Shown: in pieces, positions 1 to 9,054 of the stretch
How the letters are laid out: each line of letters starts with the position of its first letter
How positions within the stretch are numbered: the first letter of the stretch is position 1
DNA from: a virus
Lineage: Duplodnaviria > Heunggongvirae > Uroviricota > Caudoviricetes
Direction: 5' to 3' (one strand)
DNA length: 31,608 nucleotides
Virus record (IMG/VR): IMGVR_UViG_3300031949_000001
Span: 347,305-378,912 of that record
Translations under genes and position numbers: made by a program
Notes under the pieces: generated by a model
The model's database searches: none
Seen by the model: the letters and a program-made list of their open reading frames with translations, nothing else
What the model was told of the DNA's origin: nothing

Positions 1-87
1 ATAGGTGGTGCTGAATGGTTAGCTTCGAAAGCAGCCTGGGATTACGCACTTATCTCATCAGTGTCTTTACTTCAACGGATGAAGTAA
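1..87 (+). CDS. 3' end of an upstream gene (partial)
   Basis: Frame 1 is open from base 1 to TAA at 85-87 (IGGAEWLASKAAWDYALISSVSLLQRMK). Confidence 0.5.
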   Translation: MGGAEWLASKAAWDYALISSVSLLQRMK

Positions 88-106
88 ATTAAATACGGAT
101 AAAATA

Positions 107-586
107 ATGTCAGTCAGTATTGGTCGCGTTGGAAAACAAAAAAGCATGTACGGTGTGATTATTTGCACCGATCAGTATGCAGGTAATTTTGAGCGTCAGA
201 TGACCGCTTACTGCACTGGTCGCGTTGGAAATTGTGATGTTGGTGATGAATTGATTCCGTTGTTTATGGAAGACTTCAAGTTGGAAGAACAAGACAACGA
301 GCAAGATCCATTTTGGGATTGCCTTCGATATGTTTCCGATGACGGTGGTTGCTCACGTCCGACCTCCATATATGATAACAATGATCGTTACAACAGTTTG
401 ATCATTTTCTTTGACACTCCTCCTACCAAAGAACAGATTGATATCATAAAACAACGGGCGAAGGCTTACAGTTCCGACGAACGAATCGAAATGCCTTCAT
501 ATGTAAAGGAACGCACTGTCATTCAAATCAAGAAAGTATTCGCTATTGAAATTAAAACGGCAGTCAGTAAGTATAAGCCCATCTAA
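107..586 (+). CDS. hypothetical phage protein
   Basis: 159-aa ORF with phage-like composition; no recognised motif. Confidence 0.75.
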   Translation: MSVSIGRVGKQKSMYGVIICTDQYAGNFERQMTAYCTGRVGNCDVGDELIPLFMEDFKLEEQDNEQDPFWDCLRYVSDDGGCSRPTSIYDNNDRYNSLIIFFDTPPTKEQIDIIKQRAKAYSSDERIEMPSYVKERTVIQIKKVFAIEIKTAVSKYKPI

Positions 587-612
587 CTGCTAGCGCTTCT
601 TGAATTGTTTCC

Positions 613-867
613 TTAACTTCTTCCGTGTGAACTACTTTTATTTTTGTCACAACCCTTTTTACCACACCAAAATTCTGGATGGTTCTTTTCGAAATTCTCT
701 TCGGTGCTAGAGCACCAACTAATGATGCCGTCCCAGGCTTTCAGAAGATTCTTTTCTGTAGCCTGGAGCAGACCAATGGCGCCGTGATCATCAACGTAAA
801 CTTTCCCCTTCTCGTATGCTGTCCAGCAAGTGGCGACTAGAAGAATGATGATGACCCATCTTACCAT
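613..867 (-). CDS. small membrane-anchored/secreted protein
   Basis: N-terminal hydrophobic segment; AAGGTG SD-like sequence upstream. Confidence 0.65.
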   Translation of the reverse strand: MVRWVIIILLVATCWTAYEKGKVYVDDHGAIGLLQATEKNLLKAWDGIISWCSSTEENFEKNHPEFWCGKKGCDKNKSSSHGRS

Positions 868-876
868 GATGACACC

Positions 877-1089
877 TTATTTGGCAACGTCTGCCTTATT
901 TACGATTTTAACCTTCAAACCGTTTTCGGTGACGATGATAGCGGAAATCATCTCGTCTTTTCGAAGACGAAATAATTGTCCAAGGGCTGCACGCATATCA
1001 GCACCACGCCAGGATTGCTCCGAAAAAGCACCGGAAGTTTCAGGATGTGTATCCTGATCGTTAAAACTAGCAACAAGAACATTTTTCAT
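877..1089 (-). CDS. hypothetical protein
   Basis: GGAGG upstream of ATG 1089; ATGA overlap with the preceding gene. Confidence 0.65.
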   Translation of the reverse strand: MKNVLVASFNDQDTHPETSGAFSEQSWRGADMRAALGQLFRLRKDEMISAIIVTENGLKVKIVNKADVAK

Positions 1090-1283
1090 ATTGACCATCC
1101 TCTCCAGCAAATTGATTTAGCTACGTTGAATTCTACCTCATCTTCGTAGGCAAGTACAGTCCACGCAAATTCGGTCTTGAAAAACTCCAACTTACCCATG
1201 ACACGACCATCTTCGAACTTAATTTCAACACCAGGGCGTGATTTAGCTAGTGACAGCAGTATCTGTTCTTGAGTAGGTTTCAT
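1086..1283 (-). CDS. hypothetical protein
   Basis: ORF in a tightly packed minus-strand run. Confidence 0.6.
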   Translation of the reverse strand: MKPTQEQILLSLAKSRPGVEIKFEDGRVMGKLEFFKTEFAWTVLAYEDEVEFNVAKSICWRGWSI

Positions 1284-1286
1284 TTT

Positions 1287-1316
1287 AAGAAAAGAGCCAA
1301 CCGGTGGGTTGGCTCT
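1287..1316 (-). terminator. intrinsic terminator
   Basis: 10-bp stem AGAGCCAACC/GGTTGGCTCT followed by TTTCTT on the minus strand, downstream of 1346-1648. Confidence 0.75.
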
Positions 1317-1345
1317 CGATTTTATAATTTATAAATAAGCCTTGA

Positions 1346-1648
1346 TTAGCCTTCGACCGGAGTCTCAGCAGAAGCAGCAACCTGGACTTCGGCAGTAGCG
1401 TCAGAGCCATTGGTTGATACAGTCGCGAGGGCGGAAACGAGTTCACGCTTGCGGTTCTGGAAATACGTGTTGGCGCACTCCGGAGTCATATCGAGTTCGT
1501 TCTGAAAACGAGTGGTGGTATCCTTACGAACAACCTTAAGCGAAAGCTCAAGATCAGCAGCAGGATTTGTTTCTTGATAAGCGGTCAGAATTTCACCGAG
1601 AATGGTGCGTGACCGTGCGGTTTTGGTTGGGTATACTCTTTTAGCCAT
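1346..1648 (-). CDS. putative helical DNA-binding protein
   Basis: Strong AAGGAG SD. The F..ELDMT..CANTYFQN pattern resembles small helical domains of T4-like/jumbo phages and the C-terminus of 14646-15146. Confidence 0.6.
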   Translation of the reverse strand: MAKRVYPTKTARSRTILGEILTAYQETNPAADLELSLKVVRKDTTTRFQNELDMTPECANTYFQNRKRELVSALATVSTNGSDATAEVQVAASAETPVEG

Positions 1649-1762
1649 GATTTAAATCTCCTTTTCAATTGGTTATGTCTATTTCTCGTCAAGAACTGCT
1701 AAAAAGTCTTAGCGGTAGGTTACAAGCCTAACTTACTTTATTCTGTTTGTCAAGAACTATTT

Positions 1763-1993
1763 TCACTCGGCAGTGTATTGCTTTACAAAACTCAGATGAT
1801 AGTTATAGGCTTCTTCTGTTGCATGAAGTAGCAGCATTCTAAGACGATCAGCCTCAAAGCAGGAGAGTTTTACACGGACTTGATGCTCTCCATCGTCCAG
1901 TTGAATAAGAACGTCACCTTGACCATTGTGAGCCGTTGCGAAGTGTGCTGAACTGTTCAACGCATTAACGTTTTGAATATAGTTGTGGAACAT
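1763..1993 (-). CDS. hypothetical protein
   Basis: ATG 1993 directly follows the stop of 1995-2348. Confidence 0.65.
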   Translation of the reverse strand: MFHNYIQNVNALNSSAHFATAHNGQGDVLIQLDDGEHQVRVKLSCFEADRLRMLLLHATEEAYNYHLSFVKQYTAE

Positions 1994-1994
1994 A

Positions 1995-2348
1995 TTAAGG
2001 TCGTTGGAGATTGAGAGTAAAAAACATCCGTCCAGTTTCAATTATACCAGCGTAGATTCGAATTTTAGTTACTTCATCAAGCGTTTCCCAATCTTCTCGA
2101 ATAGGTATTTGCCACAGTTGAGCGGAGAACTCCTCCACCGGAACGTCTTCCGCAAATCCACTATCACCTTCGTTGTTTGGAGAAACAACGAAAACTTCTG
2201 AATTCTTACGATAGAAATTCAGTAGACGAGCGGGTTTGGCTGGATTCATTTTATCAGTCCAACCCCATGGCTCGCACGAAATATGCAACCCCTTGACGTG
2301 AAGGTTGCTTTTCGTTGCGGTAATGTGTGATTTTTGGTCTAGTTTCAT
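1995..2348 (-). CDS. hypothetical protein
   Basis: 117-aa ORF in the operon. Confidence 0.7.
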   Translation of the reverse strand: MKLDQKSHITATKSNLHVKGLHISCEPWGWTDKMNPAKPARLLNFYRKNSEVFVVSPNNEGDSGFAEDVPVEEFSAQLWQIPIREDWETLDEVTKIRIYAGIIETGRMFFTLNLQRP

Positions 2349-2356
2349 GTTGTTAT

Positions 2357-2539
2357 TTAGTCGCGGTTTACCAACGTAGATTTAATATAATCAATTACTT
2401 TTGGTGAAATCCCATAAAAATTACCGTTGAGGATATCATCCATTGAAATTTCGGTGGTATGTCGTATCAGATATCGTGTTACGCCATATGGCTTGTCTAT
2501 GCCGCGATTAACAATCTCAATTTGAGGGCGCATCTCCAT
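2357..2539 (-). CDS. hypothetical protein
   Basis: 60-aa ORF that fills the operon gap. Confidence 0.55.
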   Translation of the reverse strand: MEMRPQIEIVNRGIDKPYGVTRYLIRHTTEISMDDILNGNFYGISPKVIDYIKSTLVNRD

Positions 2540-2546
2540 AGAGTTG

Positions 2547-2678
2547 TTAATCTAAAAATTCACCTAAGGTTATATTCCAAGCGCTTTTGTCTAGTTTTTT
2601 GGCAAGATAATTGCAGCGAACCACGCCAATTAACCCTAAGGTTATCCCTACTATCTGAATTATAATAACTATGTTCAT
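2547..2678 (-). CDS. small membrane protein (43 aa), paralog of 2687-2824
   Basis: MNIVIIIQIVGITLGLIGVVRCNYLAKKLDKSAWNITLGEFLD; below the ORF-track cutoff. Confidence 0.65.
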   Translation of the reverse strand: MNIVIIIQIVGITLGLIGVVRCNYLAKKLDKSAWNITLGEFLD

Positions 2679-2686
2679 AGATTTAT

Positions 2687-2824
2687 TTATCTGATGCCGA
2701 ATAACTCATTCAAGGTGACGCTCCAAATTCCTTCCAGTTTATTTTTCTTTTCCGCAACGATGACGAGGCGTAAAAGAATAAGAAGGGAAACAATTACAAG
2801 TGTCAAACCAATAGTTTGTATCAT
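2687..2824 (-). CDS. small membrane protein (45 aa)
   Basis: MIQTIGLTLVIVSLLILLRLVIVAEKKNKLEGIWSVTLNELFGIR; ATGA overlap with 2821-3006. Confidence 0.65.
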   Translation of the reverse strand: MIQTIGLTLVIVSLLILLRLVIVAEKKNKLEGIWSVTLNELFGIR

Positions 2825-3006
2825 GGCAAGTACCAAACCGGACCGCTATACGCGGTATCGAATTCATGAACAGTCATACCTTGTTTTTCGTCAACTACTT
2901 GGGACAACTCAGCGAACAAGCCGAGAGCCTCCTCGGCTTGTTCTTTAGTAATCCCCTTTCGGAAGACCAATATGACACCTGTTCGAATGTCTTTCGCATG
3001 AGCCAT
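2821..3006 (-). CDS. hypothetical protein
   Basis: 61-aa ORF translationally coupled to its neighbours. Confidence 0.7.
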   Translation of the reverse strand: MAHAKDIRTGVILVFRKGITKEQAEEALGLFAELSQVVDEKQGMTVHEFDTAYSGPVWYLP

Positions 3007-3007
3007 C

Positions 3008-3445
3008 TTAATGCGCCACCGCGAGATTCAAGAGAACTACCAGCAGGATGGTCATAGCGATACAACCAACCTTCCAGAAGTTGGTCTTTTCGGCAACGTC
3101 GGTGCCACGAAGGGCAATCGACAACATAGTTGCGCGATACAAACCAGCCAGAGTCTTGGAAACGTGATGATCACGCAAACCGTCCTGGGTGATCTGAACA
3201 CCCAAATGTTTTTCCACCTTGTTCATTTCGTGGCAGATTTGGAGCGCAGTGCGAACCTGATCCTGGTTGAATTCCTTTACGGAAAGCATGTTCGGAATCA
3301 CGTTGGATTGCTTATTGCACTTATACATCGCTTGATAGATTGCGAGCACGTCAGTCGGAGTGACCGGCTGAGTCATAATGTCTTCGAATTCAGGATCGAA
3401 TTCGGGGGATTCCGGGAACTGATCGGGGGAAATCGCTGCACTCAT
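3008..3445 (-). CDS. hypothetical protein with C-terminal transmembrane helix
   Basis: AGGAG SD, upstream promoter, hydrophobic C-terminus. Confidence 0.8.
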   Translation of the reverse strand: MSAAISPDQFPESPEFDPEFEDIMTQPVTPTDVLAIYQAMYKCNKQSNVIPNMLSVKEFNQDQVRTALQICHEMNKVEKHLGVQITQDGLRDHHVSKTLAGLYRATMLSIALRGTDVAEKTNFWKVGCIAMTILLVVLLNLAVAH

Positions 3446-3481
3446 TTTGCTTCTCCTGGTTAAATTACTAGTAGATGAAGT

Positions 3482-3510
3482 ATTGTACCATGAACTTTGT
3501 TCAGATACAA
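3482..3510 (-). promoter_or_regulatory. sigma70-type promoter with operator-like palindrome
   Basis: TTGTAT-17-TACAAT; spacer contains TGAAC-AAA-GTTCA. Confidence 0.75.
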
Positions 3511-3516
3511 GCTTTA

Positions 3517-3945
3517 TTATACTTGTTCGTACTGTGCTTTCAACCGCGCAAGTTCTGCTCGGTCACGTTCTTCCTGTTGCTTGCTGAACTCGGTGAACTG
3601 CTTCTTTGCCTTCGCGAGTTCCTTCTTTTCGTGTTCTTCTTTCTTCTGTTTACAAACTAATTCGGCTTTACTAAAGATATTGTTATGGGTATTATCAATA
3701 TCTGCCCAATTCTCATCACCACAGTCATAAGGTTCTAGCCCATCAATAAAAAGAGTAAATTCCCATTCTGGTGCGCGAATGTGTTGCGTGTTTTCGAACA
3801 TCTTTTCTCCAAGGATTTCTGCAATACGCGTAGCATCATTGTCATTTCCTTTGAAGATTTCAAAATCCGAAGACCAACTCTCCATTAAACAGCCCCTACA
3901 GGTATCTTCTCCACTAGGCTTGTAACAAACGAGAATGTATTTCAT
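3517..3945 (-). CDS. hypothetical protein with C-terminal coiled coil
   Basis: GGAG SD before ATG 3945; K/E-rich tail. Confidence 0.75.
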   Translation of the reverse strand: MKYILVCYKPSGEDTCRGCLMESWSSDFEIFKGNDNDATRIAEILGEKMFENTQHIRAPEWEFTLFIDGLEPYDCGDENWADIDNTHNNIFSKAELVCKQKKEEHEKKELAKAKKQFTEFSKQQEERDRAELARLKAQYEQV

Positions 3946-4175
3946 AAAACGTCTCCATACTTTTCCCGTAAGGCATCTGCCTTGCCGAGTTCGATTGCTC
4001 TTTCCTCTAGTGACATCTTTTCCCAAAGGTCTTTGATCCAGCCCCGGATTTCGACTTCATCCTCGGATGCCAGAGTTCCAGCCGTCTTCATTTCCAGCAA
4101 ATCAACAACCAGGAGATAATGCTCCTCTGCCGGTGGTAAAGCCTTCTCTTGATAAACGTCAATTTTTGATTTCAT
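3942..4175 (-). CDS. hypothetical protein
   Basis: AAGGTG SD; overlaps its neighbours. Confidence 0.65.
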   Translation of the reverse strand: MKSKIDVYQEKALPPAEEHYLLVVDLLEMKTAGTLASEDEVEIRGWIKDLWEKMSLEERAIELGKADALREKYGDVL

Positions 4176-4524
4176 TTTTTTCACCTTCCAAAAGGCGTGT
4201 CGCGGCACGCGCTATTCTGCGCGCTCTCTTTTCTATATTTCGTAATTCCCGGCGTTTGTTCAATTCTTTTTGTTCTTTTTTGAATTTAATTTCATTAGCA
4301 ATCGCTTCTTTGGCTCTAACCAGGGCATGAAATTTGTTTTCAATAACGTCTAACAAATCTTGTGCCTTCTTAACGGCATCGTATGCATCAAGATATTCTT
4401 TATACAGGTCTTCGCTTACTTCAATGGTTTTGGTTAAGTCTTCATAGAATTCAGACTCACCTTCAAGAGAAGGATAGTAGTATGGGACTTCTAACATCCA
4501 GTCCTTGTTCCAGATAAATCTCAC
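4159..4524 (-). CDS. hypothetical coiled-coil protein
   Basis: 121-aa ORF with GTGA overlap. Confidence 0.7.
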   Translation of the reverse strand: MRFIWNKDWMLEVPYYYPSLEGESEFYEDLTKTIEVSEDLYKEYLDAYDAVKKAQDLLDVIENKFHALVRAKEAIANEIKFKKEQKELNKRRELRNIEKRARRIARAATRLLEGEKNEIKN

Positions 4525-4859
4525 GATATCCTCAACATTGGATCACAGACATCAGCATGATCGCGCATCGCTTCGATGGCTTCGTAGATATCATCCTGAA
4601 GCACAGAATTCAATCCTACCATATTGGTTGTGTTATGTATTGCTCCATTAGCGAAATTTACCAACACTCGCAACGCTTCTTTCTTGGACAGCGGCTTTAG
4701 CACCAAATCATCATCGCATCGATCCGCAAAGGTTTGAAGCAAATTTGATGCGAAGTACACATCATTAACATCGCTTCTATCCATAAAATCACAAAGACAG
4801 TCGGGACCGAGTTCGCCGAGCGCCGCTAAAACTACATTCAGTGCTTGTTTCTTACTCAT
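4521..4859 (-). CDS. hypothetical protein
   Basis: AAGGA SD; coupled ORF. Confidence 0.75.
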   Translation of the reverse strand: MSKKQALNVVLAALGELGPDCLCDFMDRSDVNDVYFASNLLQTFADRCDDDLVLKPLSKKEALRVLVNFANGAIHNTTNMVGLNSVLQDDIYEAIEAMRDHADVCDPMLRIS

Positions 4860-5086
4860 TTCGTTTCCTTTGCGCAGGGTATCGTACTATATTTGTCCAA
4901 AATAATCCACACTTCATTCAAAAGGGTCCAGACGCTCTCTGCGTCCGCAATCTTCACAGCATTAGCCTCAGCATCACAATCAACAGCGTATTCTTTAAAT
5001 TGTGAAACATCGTCTATCAAATTATCCGTCTTTCGACGTAAAGCCAAAAGCCAAAAGTCGATAAGCTCGATGTGATTCTTATTCAT
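4856..5086 (-). CDS. hypothetical protein
   Basis: GGAG SD; ATGA overlaps. Confidence 0.7.
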   Translation of the reverse strand: MNKNHIELIDFWLLALRRKTDNLIDDVSQFKEYAVDCDAEANAVKIADAESVWTLLNEVWIILDKYSTIPCAKETK

Positions 5087-5289
5087 ACTAATTCTCCACG
5101 ATAAGCAGAATAATCATCTATGTCTTTTTGAAACTTGATGGCAGTATTCTGATCCATACGTTGACCAGCCCAACCACCGAGAATAGTCTCGGGGGCGATC
5201 CAATGTTTACCTTCCTCATACCAACCATTGGCATAAAGATATTCTCTTTCGGCGCGTTTAAAATTAGTAAACGCAAGCAAATTAGCCAT
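5083..5289 (-). CDS. hypothetical protein
   Basis: 68-aa coupled ORF. Confidence 0.7.
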   Translation of the reverse strand: MANLLAFTNFKRAEREYLYANGWYEEGKHWIAPETILGGWAGQRMDQNTAIKFQKDIDDYSAYRGELV

Positions 5290-5304
5290 TTCTCTTTATC
5301 CTAA

Positions 5305-5338
5305 GAGGAGAGAGGCTACTACTAGTAGCCTCTTTCTC
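5305..5338. terminator. strong hairpin / probable terminator
   Basis: GAGAGAGGCTAC-TACTA-GTAGCCTCTTTC inverted repeat just after the stop of 5347-6483. Confidence 0.6.
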
Positions 5339-5346
5339 GGTTTAGA

Positions 5347-6483
5347 TTACTTCGGCTTCGGGGTGTTAACCTCAGTCATCTCCCCGACGAAAGCGGCGGC
5401 GGGATCATTGAACGGCGAACCCAGGACGGTACGCTTCAAGCCTTCCAACAGTGCAGTACCCTTGTTCTTGACGGTGAACAGCATGTTGTTCGCGAACAAC
5501 TGCAAGGCACGACCAGTCGAGGAATCCACTTCCGGCGTATGTGTATACATTTCGGTAGCCGCATTAAACGCAGTCAGCTTCGACAGGTGACTCGGCATCT
5601 GAGCCGCAACGTCACGGTTCTTGAAGACGTTTTCCTTGTAGAACTTGGTCAGGTGAAACACGGGCGTAACAGCCTTGTAGATACGCTCAAGCACACCATG
5701 CTCTTGCTCGTCCAGCGTTTCACTCTGCAAGCGGGTCAACGCATGCCCCGAAAGTTGCTGGCACTCGGCAACCGATGCGCGCTCTTCGTCCATCGTTTCC
5801 AGACGATGTTGCACACGGGCACCAATTCGATTTTGAATCTGCTTCGCAGCGATATCCAAGTTCTCTTCCCAACCACCAATCAACGGGACGCGAGTGTTCA
5901 TTTCGTCGCATACTCCAACCATTCCATTGGCGCAAATCTGGCGAACCAGTTCAAAAACACCCTTGATTTCCTCGTGGTACGGGTTCCAGTTGTACATCAG
6001 GTTGGCTTTGAAGTCGCCGCCAGCAAGGTACTTCGGGACAACGATTTCCTGCGAGTCGTAGACACCCGACAGAGCAACGTTACCGAAAGTCTTGATTCCG
6101 AGAGCACGCTTGTCCTGAGGGCGCATAGTACGCACGCCAATCAGTTCAATCATCTTTTCGATGGACGCGTGGGACTGGAAAAAGCCGCCACTCTGCTCAT
6201 ACTGCGCATCGCGGAAGTCAACCAGTTGACCGTTGATGAAGAAAAAGCTACCACCATTGAGACGGGCAGCAAGGGCTTCCGGTTCCATGGTCAGCAAAGC
6301 CTGAGAAACCCGCGAACGAGCAGAAAACTCATGGGCATACTTGTCGTTTACGACGATTGAGGCAGTCACAATCGGCTTTGCGGTGCCAGCGGGAACGATC
6401 ACATTCCTACGAACTTCCACCTTGGCTTGGCGAACCAAGTCGAAGGCTTCTACATTGATGGGTTGAATAACATTACGCATCAT
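5347..6483 (-). CDS. DUF932-like domain protein
   Basis: RQICANGMV motif and late AFNAATEMYTH helix typical of DUF932-type proteins; AAGGAG SD before ATG 6483. Confidence 0.65.
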   Translation of the reverse strand: MMRNVIQPINVEAFDLVRQAKVEVRRNVIVPAGTAKPIVTASIVVNDKYAHEFSARSRVSQALLTMEPEALAARLNGGSFFFINGQLVDFRDAQYEQSGGFFQSHASIEKMIELIGVRTMRPQDKRALGIKTFGNVALSGVYDSQEIVVPKYLAGGDFKANLMYNWNPYHEEIKGVFELVRQICANGMVGVCDEMNTRVPLIGGWEENLDIAAKQIQNRIGARVQHRLETMDEERASVAECQQLSGHALTRLQSETLDEQEHGVLERIYKAVTPVFHLTKFYKENVFKNRDVAAQMPSHLSKLTAFNAATEMYTHTPEVDSSTGRALQLFANNMLFTVKNKGTALLEGLKRTVLGSPFNDPAAAFVGEMTEVNTPKPK

Positions 6484-6489
6484 AATACT

Positions 6490-6650
6490 CCTTTTAATAA
6501 TTGTTTCGTGCCAAATGGCAGTCAACGAAAGACGGGTTTATGTCGGTTTCACCACCCATTTAGGATTCCTAACAGAATCCAGGTTTTAACTGCACCGACC
6601 CTTCAATCAGTCATTACTAAGATAACTCGTCAGACTGATAATTGAGAGTT
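6490..6650 (-). ncRNA. structured leader / candidate ncRNA
   Basis: Stems ATCAGTC/GACTGAT, GTCGGT/ACCGAC enclosing GGATTC/GAATCC, and TTTCG/CGAAA enclosing TGCC/GGCA. Confidence 0.45.
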
Positions 6651-6675
6651 AAATTTATTCACAACAGAAACTATT

Positions 6676-6882
6676 CTACAGACTTTTGTCTGCCTTGTCA
6701 ATACTTAGTTCATCTCTTTTCTGGTGAACAGCAATCACAGCAGACAAAACTGTTTCCCTTTCTTCAATAAGCATTTGACCATTATACCAAAGAAATGCGA
6801 TATAGTTACCACATTCATAATCAACTTCACAATGCGAGGTTAAGACAGCAGCTTGATCGGGTGTTAGGTTATCGTAGTTCAT
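6676..6882 (-). CDS. hypothetical protein
   Basis: AGGA SD; 68 aa. Confidence 0.65.
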   Translation of the reverse strand: MNYDNLTPDQAAVLTSHCEVDYECGNYIAFLWYNGQMLIEERETVLSAVIAVHQKRDELSIDKADKSL

Positions 6883-6898
6883 TTATTTATCCTATAAT

Positions 6899-8149
6899 TT
6901 AAGCAGAAATCACATCCTCATCATTCAGCCCCAGGAGTTCCGTAGCGCTTCGCGAACCTTTACCACGGGTCAACACACCAATCGCTTCTTTCCACTCGGC
7001 TGTAGGCATCGTATCGATGTTCAGGAGGGCATCATCGAAAGAAAACAAAGGCGGCAATTCAACACCCTTCGACTCTTCCTTGCGAATATTTTCCGTTTCC
7101 AGCGATGCCTTGCGGTAAACACCCTTCGAAGTCAAATACTTCAGCATACGACGAATCGCATTCATTTGCTTAATGTTGTCGGCACGATACAGCAAGCCAA
7201 GCAACCACGCAAGACCATGAGTAAACTGCATACCAATATCATGCGTCGCCTTCACTTCCTTGACCACGTTCGGCAGGTTCACAGTCTTCAACTGAATCAT
7301 CAACTTAGGATACTGAAGCGGGGCGATTGCAGCGTAGCCGAAAGCCTCAGCAATTTCCTTACCAGCCGCCAAAGCAAACTGAAGGTTGACGAAAAGCTGA
7401 TTGTCCATCGAAGACAATGATGCGGTTGTGTCAAATACACCACCTTCGGATTCGTCAATGTCCTTACCATCAGTTTTCCGGGAATGTAACCCTTGGAGTT
7501 CCTTCCAAATAGGCGGTGAGATCACGAATTTATCATCGAAAACAAAACCTAGGCAAGAGCGCTCTTCGATTGCGAGCATGTCATCGATACTCTTTTGCTT
7601 ATGCTTCTCAGACAGCGCTTCTCCACCAGCAGACAACTTAGTCAGGTTGAAAGCTTGGCAACGCACGTCACGAAAGCGACCATCGCTCGAAAGCAGAGGC
7701 GCATCCTTGACAACTTGCACCAAATCGGTGTTGTTGAAGGCATAAGCATAAACACCATCAAAGTACCAACTACCGTTATCCATTTCGGGCAAGCGCTTCG
7801 TGCGGAAATTGGCTTCGGATTGTGTAAGCCATTCACGCATTTCACCATTTAAACCCATCGTCATGCGTTCGTTCTTGAACGTGCGGGAAGCAAGCTCCAG
7901 AGCAACGACACGACCATCATAAAAGGTAATACAACCTTCAGTCGGGCGCATGAACTGACCGCTACCTTGCTTTGCAGTAAAGGCGCGGGCAACAGCAACC
8001 GGACAATCATGTTTGTGGAAGGTTTCCTTGCCAGTTTTTGCGAAGTCGTCTTCGTCCAGAACGGAAACGTAGCCACCAAGAGCGGCAGTAATCCGCTTAA
8101 ACTTCACTTTCTGAAAAGTAATTTTGGACGGGTCGAAAGTAATCAACAT
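6899..8149 (-). CDS. hypothetical phage protein (416 aa)
   Basis: Long ORF with its own promoter; no motif recognised. Confidence 0.85.
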   Translation of the reverse strand: MLITFDPSKITFQKVKFKRITAALGGYVSVLDEDDFAKTGKETFHKHDCPVAVARAFTAKQGSGQFMRPTEGCITFYDGRVVALELASRTFKNERMTMGLNGEMREWLTQSEANFRTKRLPEMDNGSWYFDGVYAYAFNNTDLVQVVKDAPLLSSDGRFRDVRCQAFNLTKLSAGGEALSEKHKQKSIDDMLAIEERSCLGFVFDDKFVISPPIWKELQGLHSRKTDGKDIDESEGGVFDTTASLSSMDNQLFVNLQFALAAGKEIAEAFGYAAIAPLQYPKLMIQLKTVNLPNVVKEVKATHDIGMQFTHGLAWLLGLLYRADNIKQMNAIRRMLKYLTSKGVYRKASLETENIRKEESKGVELPPLFSFDDALLNIDTMPTAEWKEAIGVLTRGKGSRSATELLGLNDEDVISA

Positions 8150-8181
8150 TTTTATTTGCTCGGTGGTTTAAAGGATGACGT

Positions 8182-8210
8182 ATATTACCCCAAAACAAAG
8201 TTCATGTCAA
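8182..8210 (-). promoter_or_regulatory. sigma70-type promoter
   Basis: TTGACA-17-TAATAT; spacer contains AACTTTGTT. Confidence 0.7.
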
Positions 8211-8213
8211 TTA

Positions 8214-8519
8214 TTAGTAACCATCACAATCATATCCACCACATGATCGACCGGAGCCCATACTGGAACAATTACCATCACTAACACAAGCTTTACGATA
8301 ACCACCCTTGCGAGCACCATAACCATTGAATTTATTTGCATCATAAACACCACCTTGCTTACGCGGTGTAGACTTGGGTGCTTTATTCACCAACGCACGG
8401 GCTTGGTCTGCTTTGTCATCTGGCACCATCCAAGCTTTTTGTTCAGGATTCCAGCGACCACCAAGCGCTTTAAGTTCATCTTTAACTGAAAAAGTATTGC
8501 CAGTAATTGCGACACTCAT
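8214..8519 (-). CDS. DUF5710-like domain protein with Cys/Gly-rich tail
   Basis: GNTFSVKDELKALGGRWNPEQKAW motif; AGGAG SD. Confidence 0.7.
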   Translation of the reverse strand: MSVAITGNTFSVKDELKALGGRWNPEQKAWMVPDDKADQARALVNKAPKSTPRKQGGVYDANKFNGYGARKGGYRKACVSDGNCSSMGSGRSCGGYDCDGY

Positions 8520-8551
8520 TTGAGTCTCCTAATTAATTAAGCACGATTCGT

Positions 8552-8580
8552 ATTATACCCGTGAACTTTGTTTAGGTCAA
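8552..8580 (-). promoter_or_regulatory. sigma70-type promoter
   Basis: TTGACC-17-TATAAT; spacer contains AACAAAGTTCA. Confidence 0.85.
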
Positions 8581-8583
8581 ATT

Positions 8584-9024
8584 TTAGATATCGTAGTTAC
8601 GAATCTTGTAAATAGGAAATTTTTCTTTTTTATAGGAGAACATTCGCTCGGTATGAGCGGTGTCATAAAGCAAAATTCCTGCACACTCAAGAGCATCATC
8701 ATATTTGTTTATATTTTTTATAATCGAACGGATCGTAGAACCTGACTCAATAAAATCATCAACAATTAGATATTTGTGAATTATGATTCTCTTTTTGTAA
8801 CCCATTTCAATTTTATCACCGTGAGAAGATTCTCCCGATTTTCTCACTGCTATAACGGGAAGTTTACATTCATAAGCAATCGGAAACGCAACGGCAAACC
8901 CACTAACACCAGTGCAGGCAATAGCCTGAAAGCTCAGTATAGATTTCAATTTTTCAACCTTAACTACCATCCGTTGAATAATTTTTTGATGATCCTCCAC
9001 GCAGAAGACACTTTCCATATACAT
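8584..9024 (-). CDS. type I phosphoribosyltransferase
   Basis: PRPP-binding loop LIVDDFIESGST, plus VRK and SG motifs. Confidence 0.85.
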   Translation of the reverse strand: MYMESVFCVEDHQKIIQRMVVKVEKLKSILSFQAIACTGVSGFAVAFPIAYECKLPVIAVRKSGESSHGDKIEMGYKKRIIIHKYLIVDDFIESGSTIRSIIKNINKYDDALECAGILLYDTAHTERMFSYKKEKFPIYKIRNYDI

Positions 9025-9054
9025 TTGTTGCTCCGTTGTTTGATTTCAGAACGG

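Noticed and set aside
3490-3503. LexA/SOS box
   Set aside because: Spacing is GAAC-N3-GTTC, not the Gram-positive N4 box, and it does not match CTGT-N8-ACAG.
5539-6360. 273-aa plus-strand ORF (also 10310-10945, 3011-3463 and similar)
   Set aside because: Antisense shadows of well-supported minus-strand genes, with no SD or motifs.
6500-6640. Hammerhead ribozyme (CTGACGAG...GAAAC, minus strand)
   Set aside because: Stems II and III cannot be formed around the core.
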